Shown one piece after another: positions 10,835 to 22,000 of a stretch of 64,000 nt of DNA. Source of the stretch: Eledone cirrhosa (lineage: Eukaryota). The notes under the pieces were generated by a model that had not been told where the DNA came from, ran no database searches, and saw nothing but the letters and a program-made list of their open reading frames with translations. The stretch is from contig OZ024742.1 of the NCBI GenBank assembly GCA_964016885.1, positions 368,590,001 to 368,654,000 on the forward strand, given 5' to 3'. Each line of letters begins with the position of its first letter. Positions within the stretch are counted from its first letter, which is position 1. The translations under genes were made by a program, and so were the position numbers.

Positions 10835-13800
10835 ATGATGTTCCAGAACAATATAAAAGAGATAATTGGCAATTTAGGTTCTGGAACAAAAAAGATAATT
10901 GGCAATAAGGGCAGGGGCCCCAGGTTATCACAGCCTGGGCCCGCTCGTCATCGTGCCATTGTAATAGAGCCAAACAAGGCATTTAGTCTTGGCTGCTGGA
11001 ACGTACGGACGCTGCTTGACAGGGATTCCTTGGAGCGTCCTGAACGAAGGACCGCTCTTGTTGCAAAGGAGCTTCGACGTTACGATCTTGACATCGTGGC
11101 TTTATCTGAGACGAGGTTAGCTGGAGATGGTCATCTTACAGAATTTTGGGGAGAATATACATTCTTCTGGAAAGGAAGAGATGAAGGAACCAGAAGAGAG
11201 GCTGGGGTAGGATTTGCTGTTAAGACTGTACTTGTGAATAAATTAGAAGAATTCCCAGTAGGGATTAGTGAACGTCTTATGTGCATGAGAGTTCCGCTGG
11301 ACAAGGGAAGATATGCGACCCTGGTCAGTGTGTATGCTCCAACTATGAATTCTGTCGATGAAGAAAAAGTGTCCTTTTACCATGCCTTGAAAGGTGTTTT
11401 AAGAAATATCTCTCAGGCAGACAAAGTCATCGTGCTTGGTGACTTTAATGCTAGAGTGGGTAGGGATTTTAACACATGGAATGTAATCGGAAGGCATGAG
11501 GTGGTAAAGTGTAACAACAATGGTATGTTCCTGCTGCAGATGTGTGAGGAGCTGGATCTGTGTGTTACCAACACCATGTTCCAACAAAAGAACAAATTCA
11601 AGACCACATGGATGCATCCTGCATCTAAGGAATGGCATCTTTTTGACTACGTCCTAGTCAGGATGCGTGACAGACAGGATGTGCAGTGTGTTCGTGCTCT
11701 TCGTGGAGCTGAGTGCTGGACGGACCACCGCCTGGTACGCGCAAAAGTGAAACTAATCACTAAACGTAAAATCCGGGCTCCTGGTGTTGCCCTGCCCAAA
11801 AGATTGAATGCTGCTCGTCTTCAGGATAAAAATGTGAAGAGGACATTGAAAGAAGAGATGCAGGCTTCAGATCTTGGTGAGGATTGGCCGACCCTTAAAA
11901 AGTCGGTTTATGATGTAGGCAGGCGTGTTCTGGGATTGGTGCAGAGAAAACATCAGGACTGGTTTAATGAGAATGATGTACATATAGAAGACTTGTTGGC
12001 TGATAAGAGGCGTGCTCTGTCACGCTACTTGACGGCAAAACCACAGGAGAGGAATACGTTGCATGAGGAACTCAGGGATGTAAAATTACGTGTTAGGCGG
12101 AGTCTTTCTCAGATGAAGGATCAGTGGTGGAGTGAGAAGGCTGGTGAGATACAAACTGCGTCAGATTCCAATAACACAAAGCTGTTGTACAGTCTCTTGC
12201 GTGAGGTTTATGGACCGTCTTCTTCTCTGGTGACACCGATTCGCAGCAAGGATGGCAAAGAACTTCTTCGTGACTCACAAGGAATTCTACGAAGGTGGCG
12301 AGAGCACTTTGATGATCTTTTGAATCAGCCGTCTGTCGTCAGTGAAGATTTCCTCAATCTCATTCCAGAAAGTCCTGTGAAAGTAGCTCTCGCAGAACCT
12401 CCGACGGTTGTGGAGGTTGCAGTGGCTATTTCGAAGCTGAACAGTGGAAGATCTCCAGGTATGGATGGCATACATGCTGAGCTCCTTCAATATGGTGGTG
12501 AGAGACTCCTGCAACAACTTCACTCTTTGTTTGGCAGGATATGGGCTAATGAATCCTGAGGACTGGAGAGATGCAGTAATGGTGGTCTTGTACAAGGGAA
12601 AGGGTAGCAGGAATGATTGTGGGAACTACAGAGGTATATCATTGCTTTCTGTCGTAGGGAAAGTTTTATGTAGGGTGCTTCTGGACCGTCTGCTGACACA
12701 CATTGCAGATTGTGTTCTTCCTGAAAGTCAATCTGGTTTTCGTGCTGGACGCGGCACTACTGATATGATCTTCTCAGCTAGACGGCTCCAGGAGAAGTGC
12801 ATGGAACAAGGCTTGGATCTGTATCAGGTTTTTGTCGATCTGACAAAAGCTTTCGATACTGTTAACAGAGATGCATTATGGAAGGTTCTCCAGAAACTTG
12901 GTTGCTCTGATAAGCTCCTTGCTTTAGTTAGGTCTTTCCATGACGACATGAAGGCTTGGGTTAATGTCGGAGGTAACATGTCGAAGCCTATCTCAGTAAA
13001 AAATGGAGTGAAACAGGGGGATATTCCAGCACCGACCCTGTTTGCCATATACTTTGCAATGGTTTTCTGTATTGCATTCAGGAATTGCGAGCATGGTGTT
13101 TACATCCGATATCGAACCTCAGGCAGCATATTTAACATCAGGCGCTTTGCTACGAAGACAAAAGTATTTACATCAATCATAAGAGACCTCTTGTATGCAG
13201 ATGATTGCGATCTTGTAGCGTACACAGAGAGTGATATGCAGCACATTTTGAATGCATTTTCTGACGCTTGCACTGCCCTAGGATTGACTGTGAGTCTCAA
13301 GAAAACCGTCGTCATGTACCAACCTGCCCCTGGTAAGCAGTACACTGAACCAAACATCTATGTGTATGGCAAACGACTTGGAGTATTGATCAGTTTGTCT
13401 ACCTGGGAAGCACTGTCAATCGATACAGCAACCTTGACAGTGAAATCTCACTTAGGATTAGGAAAGCAAGTGATGCTTTCGGAAAGCTAGAAAGGCGACT
13501 CTGGGGTCAGCGAGACATATGCAGGAGGACAAAGGTAAAGGTGTACAGGGCATGTGTGGTCTCTTGTCTTCTTTATGCCTGCGAGACCTGGGTCACATAT
13601 CGACACCACCTTAAGCAATTGGAGCGTTTCCATCAGATGTATCTCAGACGGATCCATGGCGTTCACTGGAGGGACCACATCAGTGATGTCGAGATTTTGG
13701 AAAGCTCTATGTGTGACAGTATAGAAGCTTAAGCAACGACTCCGTTGGAGTGGTCACCTTGCCAGGATGAAGGATTCTAGAATACCAAAACAACTCTTTT

Positions 13801-14529
13801 ATGGAGAGTTGGTTAAAGGAAAACGACCACCACATAAACCAAAAAAGAGCTATAAGGATTCCTTGAAAGCCACTCTGAAAGACGCTAACATCTCTGCTGA
13901 TACTTGGGAAAATATTGCTCTGGTCGTAATAAATGGAGAAAGACTGTATATGAGGGAAAAGTTGCCTTTGAGGCATCTCGAATCGCATACGAGAAAGTAA
14001 AGCGGGATGTGAGGAAGGGCATTGCTGTTGCACTTCCAGACGGCGAGGGTCCTCCTATGGTGCTAACATGCAGCGTCTGTGCGAGACTCTGCCTAGGCAA
14101 AGCTGGACTCGAAAGTCATCTTCGCAGTCACAAAGTGGTTGACTACCAGGCTGCTGTTGGAGATGCTACTCATCATGCTTGCCAAACATGTGGTAGAGAA
14201 TGTAAATCAGCAGGAGGGCTCAAGCGACATGCAAAAGTACACGAACTCCAACCACAGCCGGCTATTCCCAGTGAATGTTTTGGTTGCTGACTCTGTGCAA
14301 GACATTTTAGATCATTGGCTGGGCTAAAAAGCCACATTCGATCGCAGCGTTGTTAGTTGCTATCGTGTGTGTGTGTGTGTGTGTAGATATGCTTATGTGT
14401 GTGCGTGTATGTGTATATATATATGTATATGTATATTATTATTGTTGTTGTCGTTATTATTATTGTTGTTATTATTATTATTATTGTTATTAATGTATGT
14501 GTGTGTGTGTATATGTGTATATATGTGTG

Positions 14530-14596
<67 letters not shown>

Positions 14597-14684
14597 CTTT
14601 TTTTTCTTTTTGTTTTCTTTTTTCTTTTTTTTATTTTATTTTTTTTCTCCTCGTGCAATGGCCATACTCGATAAAGAGGGGGCA

Positions 14685-14691
<7 letters not shown>
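10835..14691 (+). mobile_element. RTE-clade LINE, near full length but disabled (APE endonuclease + RT + 3 C2H2 fingers + 3' tail)
   Basis: GCWNVRTL...ERRTALVAKEL...ALSETR, VLGDFNARVG, FDYVLV, TDHRLV (APE). NYRGISLL, FVDLTKAFD, GVKQG, LYADD (RT). Breaks near 12557, 13390, 13730, 13920 and 14288. Tail at 14651-14691. Confidence 0.93.
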
Positions 14692-14732
<41 letters not shown>

Positions 14733-14738
<6 letters not shown>

Positions 14739-14839
14739 GGAAAAAATGAAACGAAATTTCAATTCTCACTCATACTACGGCTGTTACTTAAATATAAGTA
14801 TGTATACGTACATACATATACGTATCTAGACGTACAGTA

Positions 14840-14890
<51 letters not shown>

Positions 14891-15187
14891 CATGCACACA
14901 TATATATATGTACGTATGGATTCACCGAACATTTATTATAATGTTCGGTGTGTTTGTAAACAAACATCCCGAATTAAGCCATCTGGCAGGAAGGTATACG
15001 TTGCTGACGATAGCTAATAAGCTTGAAACTAGTACAGCGTTACTTTGTCAGTGTTGAACAAATGAGCAACGATGGTTGCTAGACACTGTACGGCTTAATT
15101 CGGGATGTTTGTTTAGAAACACACCGAGCATTATAATAAATGTTCGGTGAATCCATACGTACATATATATATGTGTGCATGTATGTA

Positions 15188-15225
<38 letters not shown>

Positions 15226-15280
15226 CTACTGTACGTCTGTATACATATATGTATGTACGTATACATACTTATATATATAT
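14733..15280. mobile_element. second copy of the 422-bp HHR element arranged as a fold-back (minus fragment + inverted plus fragment)
   Basis: 14733-14980 matches 10316-~10535 directly. 14981-15275 is the reverse complement of ~10375-10644. About 14790-14980 pairs with 15092-15275. Confidence 0.88.
14999..15039 (+). ncRNA. minimal type I hammerhead ribozyme (identical to 10586-10626)
   Basis: cgttg-CUGACGA-tagctaataagctt-GAAA-ctag-UA-cagcg. Confidence 0.8.
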
Positions 15281-16720
15281 CCTCATCTGACCACCCTTCT
15301 CCAACTAACATACTAACATCCCTCCCTTCTTCTCCTGCTCCCCCCTCCTTATCACACGCACACACCCACCGGCACATATATACACGTGCTCACACTAAAC
15401 ACACACCCTACTACCACCACTAACCCTCACCCCCACACCTCCATCCCACCACCCTGCAAATAACCTCACTAACACCCCCTAACCCCAAGCACACGAACCC
15501 ACTTACACCACCCACCCCACACGCAACTAACATCACTAACACCCCCCAACCCCACGCACACGAACCCACACCCCCTCGTACACCACCAACTCTACACACC
15601 CCACCACCACTAACCCCCACTCACACCTGCATTCAACCCCTCCCCACCTCCCGTATACTAACACCCACTAACACCCCTTCATCAAACTACACACACACCA
15701 GTACACTACACTCCCCGCTCCACCCACACCCTCGCTCCACACTCACTCATCCCACTAACACCTCTACTAATACACACACACACCCTCCTCACTCCAACTT
15801 TCACACCTACCCATCCTCGCCTCTTTACCATTCCACCGACTGCTGCTATGCCCTCTGACCACCTCCCAGCACAAACAGACACACAGCACTCCCACTGCTT
15901 GACCACTTCCTGTTGCGCGCGCACCCCACATCTCTCTTCCGACCGTCGCTTCATGGAATACCCGCACGCAGAAATTGACCAACACAAAATCCGCTATACA
16001 CCTTTGGAATTTACCTACTTTTCAACCATCCTCTTACGTAATCACCTATATAACTCACCCCCACACACACCCCCAAAAAATTATTTTCTTCACACGCCAC
16101 CTACACCCACAACACGCTTAAACCCCACACACACGTGCTTTCCACCACATATTTACACCCCCAGCCTCCTGATTCCTCTCCCCCCACCCCTCTATCCACA
16201 CACGCACAGACACTCCGACCCCCCCCCCCACACACACACCTCTTCCTGAACATGCAACCCCGTTCTTCCCCCAACCCTTACTTTCACATACACACACAGA
16301 CACACACCACCTTCAGCCCTCCCCGCTCGGACACCCCGTCTCCCTCTCCCCACTCCACCCGCCACCACCCCTACACACCCCACACCCTTCCACCACCTGT
16401 TTTACCCCCCTTTTAATTTCAGTTTATTTTGATCATGCTTTTATATTTAAATTTATTTCATTCCTTGTATTTTGATCATGCTTTATTTTTATTTTTATCT
16501 TTATTTTTTTATTTTTTCATTCGCACCGTTTCCTTTCGCTATATGTCTCTCCACCACTCCCCTACACACCCTTTGAACTCTGTTCCCACACACTTCTCAC
16601 CTGAGGAAGGGCTTATGCCCGAAACGTCGTCCCCCACCAACACCCCACTCTCCAGAGCGTGAAATTAATAAACATTCGTTGTACTGCCTCTCTGTTTTGT
16701 CCCTGTTCAAATTTTTGCAC
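15281..16720 (+). mobile_element. C/A-rich low-complexity tract, probably the decayed 3' end and pLTR of a PLE
   Basis: Extreme C+A skew at 15281-16412. Weak GIY-YIG-C-terminal-like residues near 15885-16055. HHR at 16601, AATAAA near 16666, then (TA)n. Confidence 0.45.
16598..16630 (+). ncRNA. minimal hammerhead ribozyme
   Basis: ac-CUGAGGA-a-gggc ttat gccc-GAAA-cg-UC-gt. Stem I is only 2 bp. Confidence 0.65.
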
Positions 16721-16779
16721 TATATATATATATATTTCGTTTCTGAATTTGTTTAGCAAGATTCTTTATCTAAAACGTG

Positions 16780-18977
16780 TGTTGAAACCGATATTGTTAT
16801 ACTTTGGGAGGGTCATGTTGCCAACAAAAAACACACGCACCAGTTGCTTTCACTTCAATTTATTATAATAAATTTATAAATTTAGGAATTTATAAATTTC
16901 CGGTTGGTTGGTTGGTTCCACAACCAGATGATTGTTTATATATTGTCAAAGTTCTTTCGTCACACATTCTGTGACCTCTTCAGTGACTGGGGATTCTTTT
17001 CTTTGTTTTTGTGCCTCTCCATTGTTCTGTCCTACGCCATCTTGTTTTTGTGTGTGTGTTGTGTGCTTACTTTGCGCATGTGTTACATCCGGGTGTCCGT
17101 GTGTGTTTATATTCGTTTATTTATTTGTTTATTTGCATGTTACTGGTTGGTTGTTTGTTCTATGTGCGTGTGTGTTTTCATTGTGTCCTTAATTGTAAGT
17201 TGTGATGTTGCTGTTCCATTCATGTTTTCCATTTAATTTTGGTTGGAGTTCATTTATGTTTATTGCCTCTGTGATTTGTCTAAACATTGCGTCTTTTCTG
17301 TGTGTAGATTCTATTTTTATTTCTATGTTCTCTAATTTACCCTTATGTTCTATTTTAGCATGTTGGTAGAGTACAGATGATTCTTTACTACCTTGAAGGT
17401 CTCGCCAGTGTTCATTTATCCGTTCCCCTATACTACGAGCTGTCTCACCTATGTACATTATATTTTTATCTCTACATTGTCCTTCAGTTCATCTTATGCT
17501 ATATACTACATTTCTAGTTTTACAGTTAATATGGGGGCTTAATTTACAGATTATACATTTCTTATCTATACAGAGAAGTCTTTGAAAAGGGTATGTATTG
17601 CTAATAAGTGTTTTTATGGAGGTACCTGGTCGTTCTACTATCTTAATATTGAGTTTATGTTTATCTAGGGCCCTTCTAAATTTGTAAGCTAATTCACCTC
17701 TAGGGGTTGTATTGATGAACATTACACTCTGGTATTTATTGCTATCATACCATGAGTTTATTCTATTAGCCTTATTCCTAGTTCTTTCTATTCTATTCCA
17801 AAATTTGCTCCTATACAAGGGGCAGGTCCCATTTGTGTCATTATTTACCATTTTTCCCATTTGGTTCTGACTCCTCTATACACTCTGATTTTATCTCTCT
17901 GATTGTAACCAGAGAACTGCATACGGTGGATGAAGTGCTGTATGTGTCTCTCTAGTTCTTTGGGGTTGCACATGCGGGACACGTTTGTCATCACTCGTAC
18001 CAAATCCACAATCAGTATGTTGATTTTGGTATGGTCCGAAACAGCTGAGTTTCGGTGGATCAGATATTTGGAAGTCATGGGTTTGGCATAATGGGAATGG
18101 AGGATTTGTTTTTTTGTTATTAATGGTATCTAACCAGAGCTCTGTGTCTAGTACAGGTAATCGATGGTTGGGTGTTTGCTTGGGTAGTCTATAGTAACTC
18201 TAATACTCCGGTGGATGGAGTTAGCTATTTGCTGGATGCTTTCCATTGTGTTTTTCTCTAATTCCTGACTGTTCTCTAGTGGGGGTGTTTTTACTACGAT
18301 GTTTATATTATCAACGTAGCGGGAGTACATTATCAGGGTTGAGGGGTCTTCTAATTGTTCTTTAAGTTTAAGTTTAAGTCTACTGTCCCACCATACCATA
18401 CATAGGTTAGCTATGTCGCCTGCAATGCTAACACCAATGGCTGCTCCCTCCTCTTGGGCATATGTTTTTCCATTAAATTTGAACATATGTTCCTTAAGGG
18501 TTAATTTTATGCTGGCCCCCACCGCATGTGCAATCATTTTCTTTAGTTCATCGTGGTTTTCGGGGGTCCGTATGGCTCTGGTCCACCCGTTCCATCTATC
18601 TGTGTGGGTTTTCTTGGCAATTGAGGTAATGGTAGGTGGTCTGCCTCTTGCTGGTCTTGTAGGGCACAGGTTGCTAAGGTCATAAGTGTCTAGGTAACTA
18701 TTACTATGGGTAAGCTAAGTAGAAGTCCCAGCTCACTGGTATCAATCCCATGGAATTCAACATTGCTCTCACTGATCATTTCTACGCATTTCTCCACAGC
18801 AAAATCCACGTCAATAGATGGATACAGGGACACAACATCCATACTACCTATTATGCAGTTTGTTAGGTCCCTAGATCGGTTACTCTCGCCGAACCCAGCC
18901 ACCGAGCTGCCTTCCACTTCATATTGCACATTGAGCACATACCTTTACGCTTTGGCTTCTAACTAATTCACCAATCT
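16780..18977 (-). mobile_element. Penelope-like element (RT + Cys-rich linker + GIY-YIG + pLTR), 5'-truncated, frameshifted
   Basis: MDVVSLYPSI, QEEGAAIGVSIAG, SRYVDN, CIDKKCIIC...CKTRNVVY, YIGETARSIGERINEH...ITEAININELQPKLN. pLTR with HHR lies downstream. Confidence 0.92.
16945..16987 (-). ncRNA. type I hammerhead ribozyme in pLTR
   Basis: Minus: gtca-CUGAAGA-g-gtcaca gaatg tgtgac-GAAA-gaac-UU-tgac. Confidence 0.85.

Positions 18978-19020
<43 letters not shown>
18978..19020. repeat. (CTA)n microsatellite at the PLE truncation point
   Basis: Direct reading. Confidence 0.95.
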
Positions 19021-19022
<2 letters not shown>

Positions 19023-19039
19023 ATGGTTGCAGTAATATT

Positions 19040-22000
19040 CATATAAGTAGTTGTGGCGGCGGCGGCGGCGGCGGCGGTGTTAGTGGTGGCTGAGGTGTTG
19101 GTGGTAGTTGTCGTGGTGGTGGTGGTGGTGGTGGTGATGGTGATGGTGGTGTTGGTGGTAGTGGTGGTGGTGGTGGTATTAGTGGTGGTGGTGGTAGTAG
19201 TGGTGGTGGTGGTAGTAGTGATGGTGGTAGTGGTGGTGGTAGCAGTGGTGGTGGTGTTAGTAGTGGTGGTGATGGTGATGGTGGTGATGGTGGTAGTGGT
19301 GGTGGTAGCTGTGGTGGTGGTCTTAGTAGTGGCGTTGGTGGTGGTAGCTGTGGTGGTGGTGGTAGTAGTGGTGTTGGTAGTGGTAGCTGTGGTAGTGGTG
19401 GTAGTAGTGGTGTTGGTGGTGGTAGCTGTGGTGGTGGTGGTAGTAGTGGTGTTGGTGCTGGTAGCTGTGGTAGTGGTGGTAGTAGTGGTGTTGGTGGTGG
19501 TAGCTGTGGTGGTGGTGTTAGTAGTGGTGTTGGTGGTGGTAGCTGTGGTGGTGGTGTTAGTAGTGGCGTTGGTGGTAGTAGCTGTGGTAGTGGTGGTAGT
19601 AGTGGTGTTGGTGGTGGTAGCTGTGGTGGTGGTGTTAGTAGTGGCATTGGTGGTGGTAGCTGTGGTAGTGGTGGTAGTAGTGGTGTTGGTGGTGGTAGCT
19701 GTGGTGGTGGTGTTAGTAGTGGTGTTGGTGGTGGTAGCTGTGGTAGTGGTGGTTGTAGTGGTGTTTGTGATGGTAGCTGTGGTGGTGGTGTTAGTAGTGG
19801 TGTTGGTGGTGGTAGCTGTGGTGGTGGTGTTAGTCGTGTTGTAAGTGGTGGTAGCTGTGGTGGTGGTCTTAGTAGTGGCGTTGGTGGTGGTAGCTGTGGT
19901 GGTGGTGTTAGTAGTGGTGTTGGTGGTGGTAGCTGTGGTAGTGGTGGTAGTAGTGGTGTTGGTGGTGGTAGCTGTGGTGGTGGTGATAGTAGTGGTGTTG
20001 GTGGTGGTAGCTGTGGTGGTGGTAGTAGTGGTGTTGGTGGTGGTAGCTGTGGTGGTGGTGTTAGTAGTGGTGGTGGCGGTGGTAGCTGTGGTAGTGGTGT
20101 TAGTAGTGGTTTTGGTGGTGGTAGATGTGGTAGTGGTGTTAGTCGTGTTGTTGGTGGTGGTAGCTGTGGTGGTGGTGTTAGTAGTGGTGTTGGTGGTGGT
20201 AGCTGTGGTAGTGGTGTTAGTAGTGGTGTTCGTGGTGGTAGCTGTGGTAGTGGTGTTAGTCGTGGTGTTGGTGGTGGTAGCTGTGGTAGTGGTGTTAGTA
20301 GTGGTGTTGGTGGTGGTAGCTGTGGTAGTGGTGGTAGTAGTGGTGTTGGTGGTGGTAGCTGTGGTAGTGGTGTTAGTAGTGGTTTTGGTGGTGGTAGCTG
20401 TGGTAGTGGTGTTAGTCGTGGTGTTGGTGGTGGTAGCTGTGGTAGTGGTGTTAGTAGTGGTGTTGGTGGTGGTAGCTGTGGTAGTGGTGGTAGTAGTGGT
20501 GTTGGTGGTGGTAGCTGTGGTAGTGGTGGTAGTTGTGGTGTTGGTGGTGGTAGCTGTGGTAGTGGTGTTAGTAGTGGTTTTGGTGGTGGTAGCTGTGGTA
20601 GTGGTGTTAGTCGTGTTGTTGGTGGTGGTAGCTGTGGTGGTGGTGTTAGTAGTGGTGTTGGTGGTGGTAGCTGTGGTGGTGGTGTTAGTAGTGGTGGTGG
20701 CGGTGGTAGCTGTGGTAGTGGTGTTAGTAGTGGTGTTGGTGGTGGTAGCTGTGGTAGTGGTGTTAGTCGTGTTGTTGGTGGTGGTAGCTGTGGTGGTGGT
20801 GTTAGTAGTGGTGTTGGTGGTGGTAGCTGTGGTGGTGGTGGTAGTAGTGGTGTTGGTGGTGGTAGCTGTGGTGGTGGTGTTAGTAGTGGTGTTCGTGGTG
20901 GTAGCTGTGGTAGTGGTGTTAGTAGTGGTGTTGGTGGTGGTAGCTGTGGTGGTGGTGTTAGTAGTGGCGTTGGTGGTGGTAGCTGTGGTAGTGGTGTTAG
21001 TAGTGGTGTTGGTGGTGGTAGCTGTGGTAGTGGTGTTAGTAGTGGTGTTGGTGGTGGTAGCTGTGGTAGTGCTGTTAGTAGTGGTTTTGGTGGTGGTAGC
21101 TGTGGTGGTGGTGTTAGTAGTGGCGTTGGTGGTGGTAGTTGTGGTAGTGGTGTTAGTAGTGGTGTTGGTGGTGGTAGCTGTGGTAGTGGTGTTAGTAGTG
21201 GTATTGGTGGTGGTAGCTGTGGTAGTGGTGGTAGTAGTGGTGTTGGTGGTGGTAGCTGTGGTAGTGCTGTTAGTAGTGGTTTTGGTGGTGGTAGCTGTGG
21301 TGGTGGTGTTAGTAGTGGTGTTGGTGGTGGTAGCTGTGGTAGTGGTGTTAGTAGTGATGTTGGTGGTGGTAGTTGTGGTAGTGGTGTTAGTAGTGATGTT
21401 GGTGGTGGTAGCTGTGGTGGTGGTGTTAGTAGTGGTGTTCGTGGTGGTAGCTGTGGTAGTGGTGTTAGTAGTGGTGTTGGTGGTGGTAGCTGTGGTGGTG
21501 GTGGTAGTAGTGGTGTTGGTGGTGGTAGCTGTGGTGGTGGTGTTAGTAGTGGTGTTCGTGGTGGTAGCTGTGGTAGTGGTGTTAGTAGTGGTTTTGGTGG
21601 TGGTAGCTGTGGTGGTGGTGTTAGTAGTGGCGTTGGTGGTGGTAGCTGTGGTAGTGGTGTTAGTAGTGGTGTTGGTGGTGGTAGCTGTGGTAGTGGTGTT
21701 AGTAGTGGTGTTGGTGGTGGTAGCTGTGGTAGTGCTGTTAGTAGTGGTTTTGGTGGTGGTAGCTGTGGTGGTGGTGTTAGTAGTGGCGTTGGTGGTGGTA
21801 GTTGTGGTAGTGGTGTTAGTAGTGGTGTTGGTGGTGGTAGCTGTGGTAGTGGTGTTAGTAGTGGTATTGGTGGTGGTAGCTGTGGTAGTGGTGGTAGTAG
21901 TGGTGTTGGTGGTGGTAGCTGTGGTAGTGCTGTTAGTAGTGGTTTTGGTGGTGGTAGCTGTGGTGGTGGTGTTAGTAGTGGTGTTGGTGGTGGTAGCTGT

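Noticed and set aside
10835-14290. Active RTE or domesticated gene
   Set aside because: Multiple frameshifts and stops, including between APE and RT and within the RT C-terminal region.
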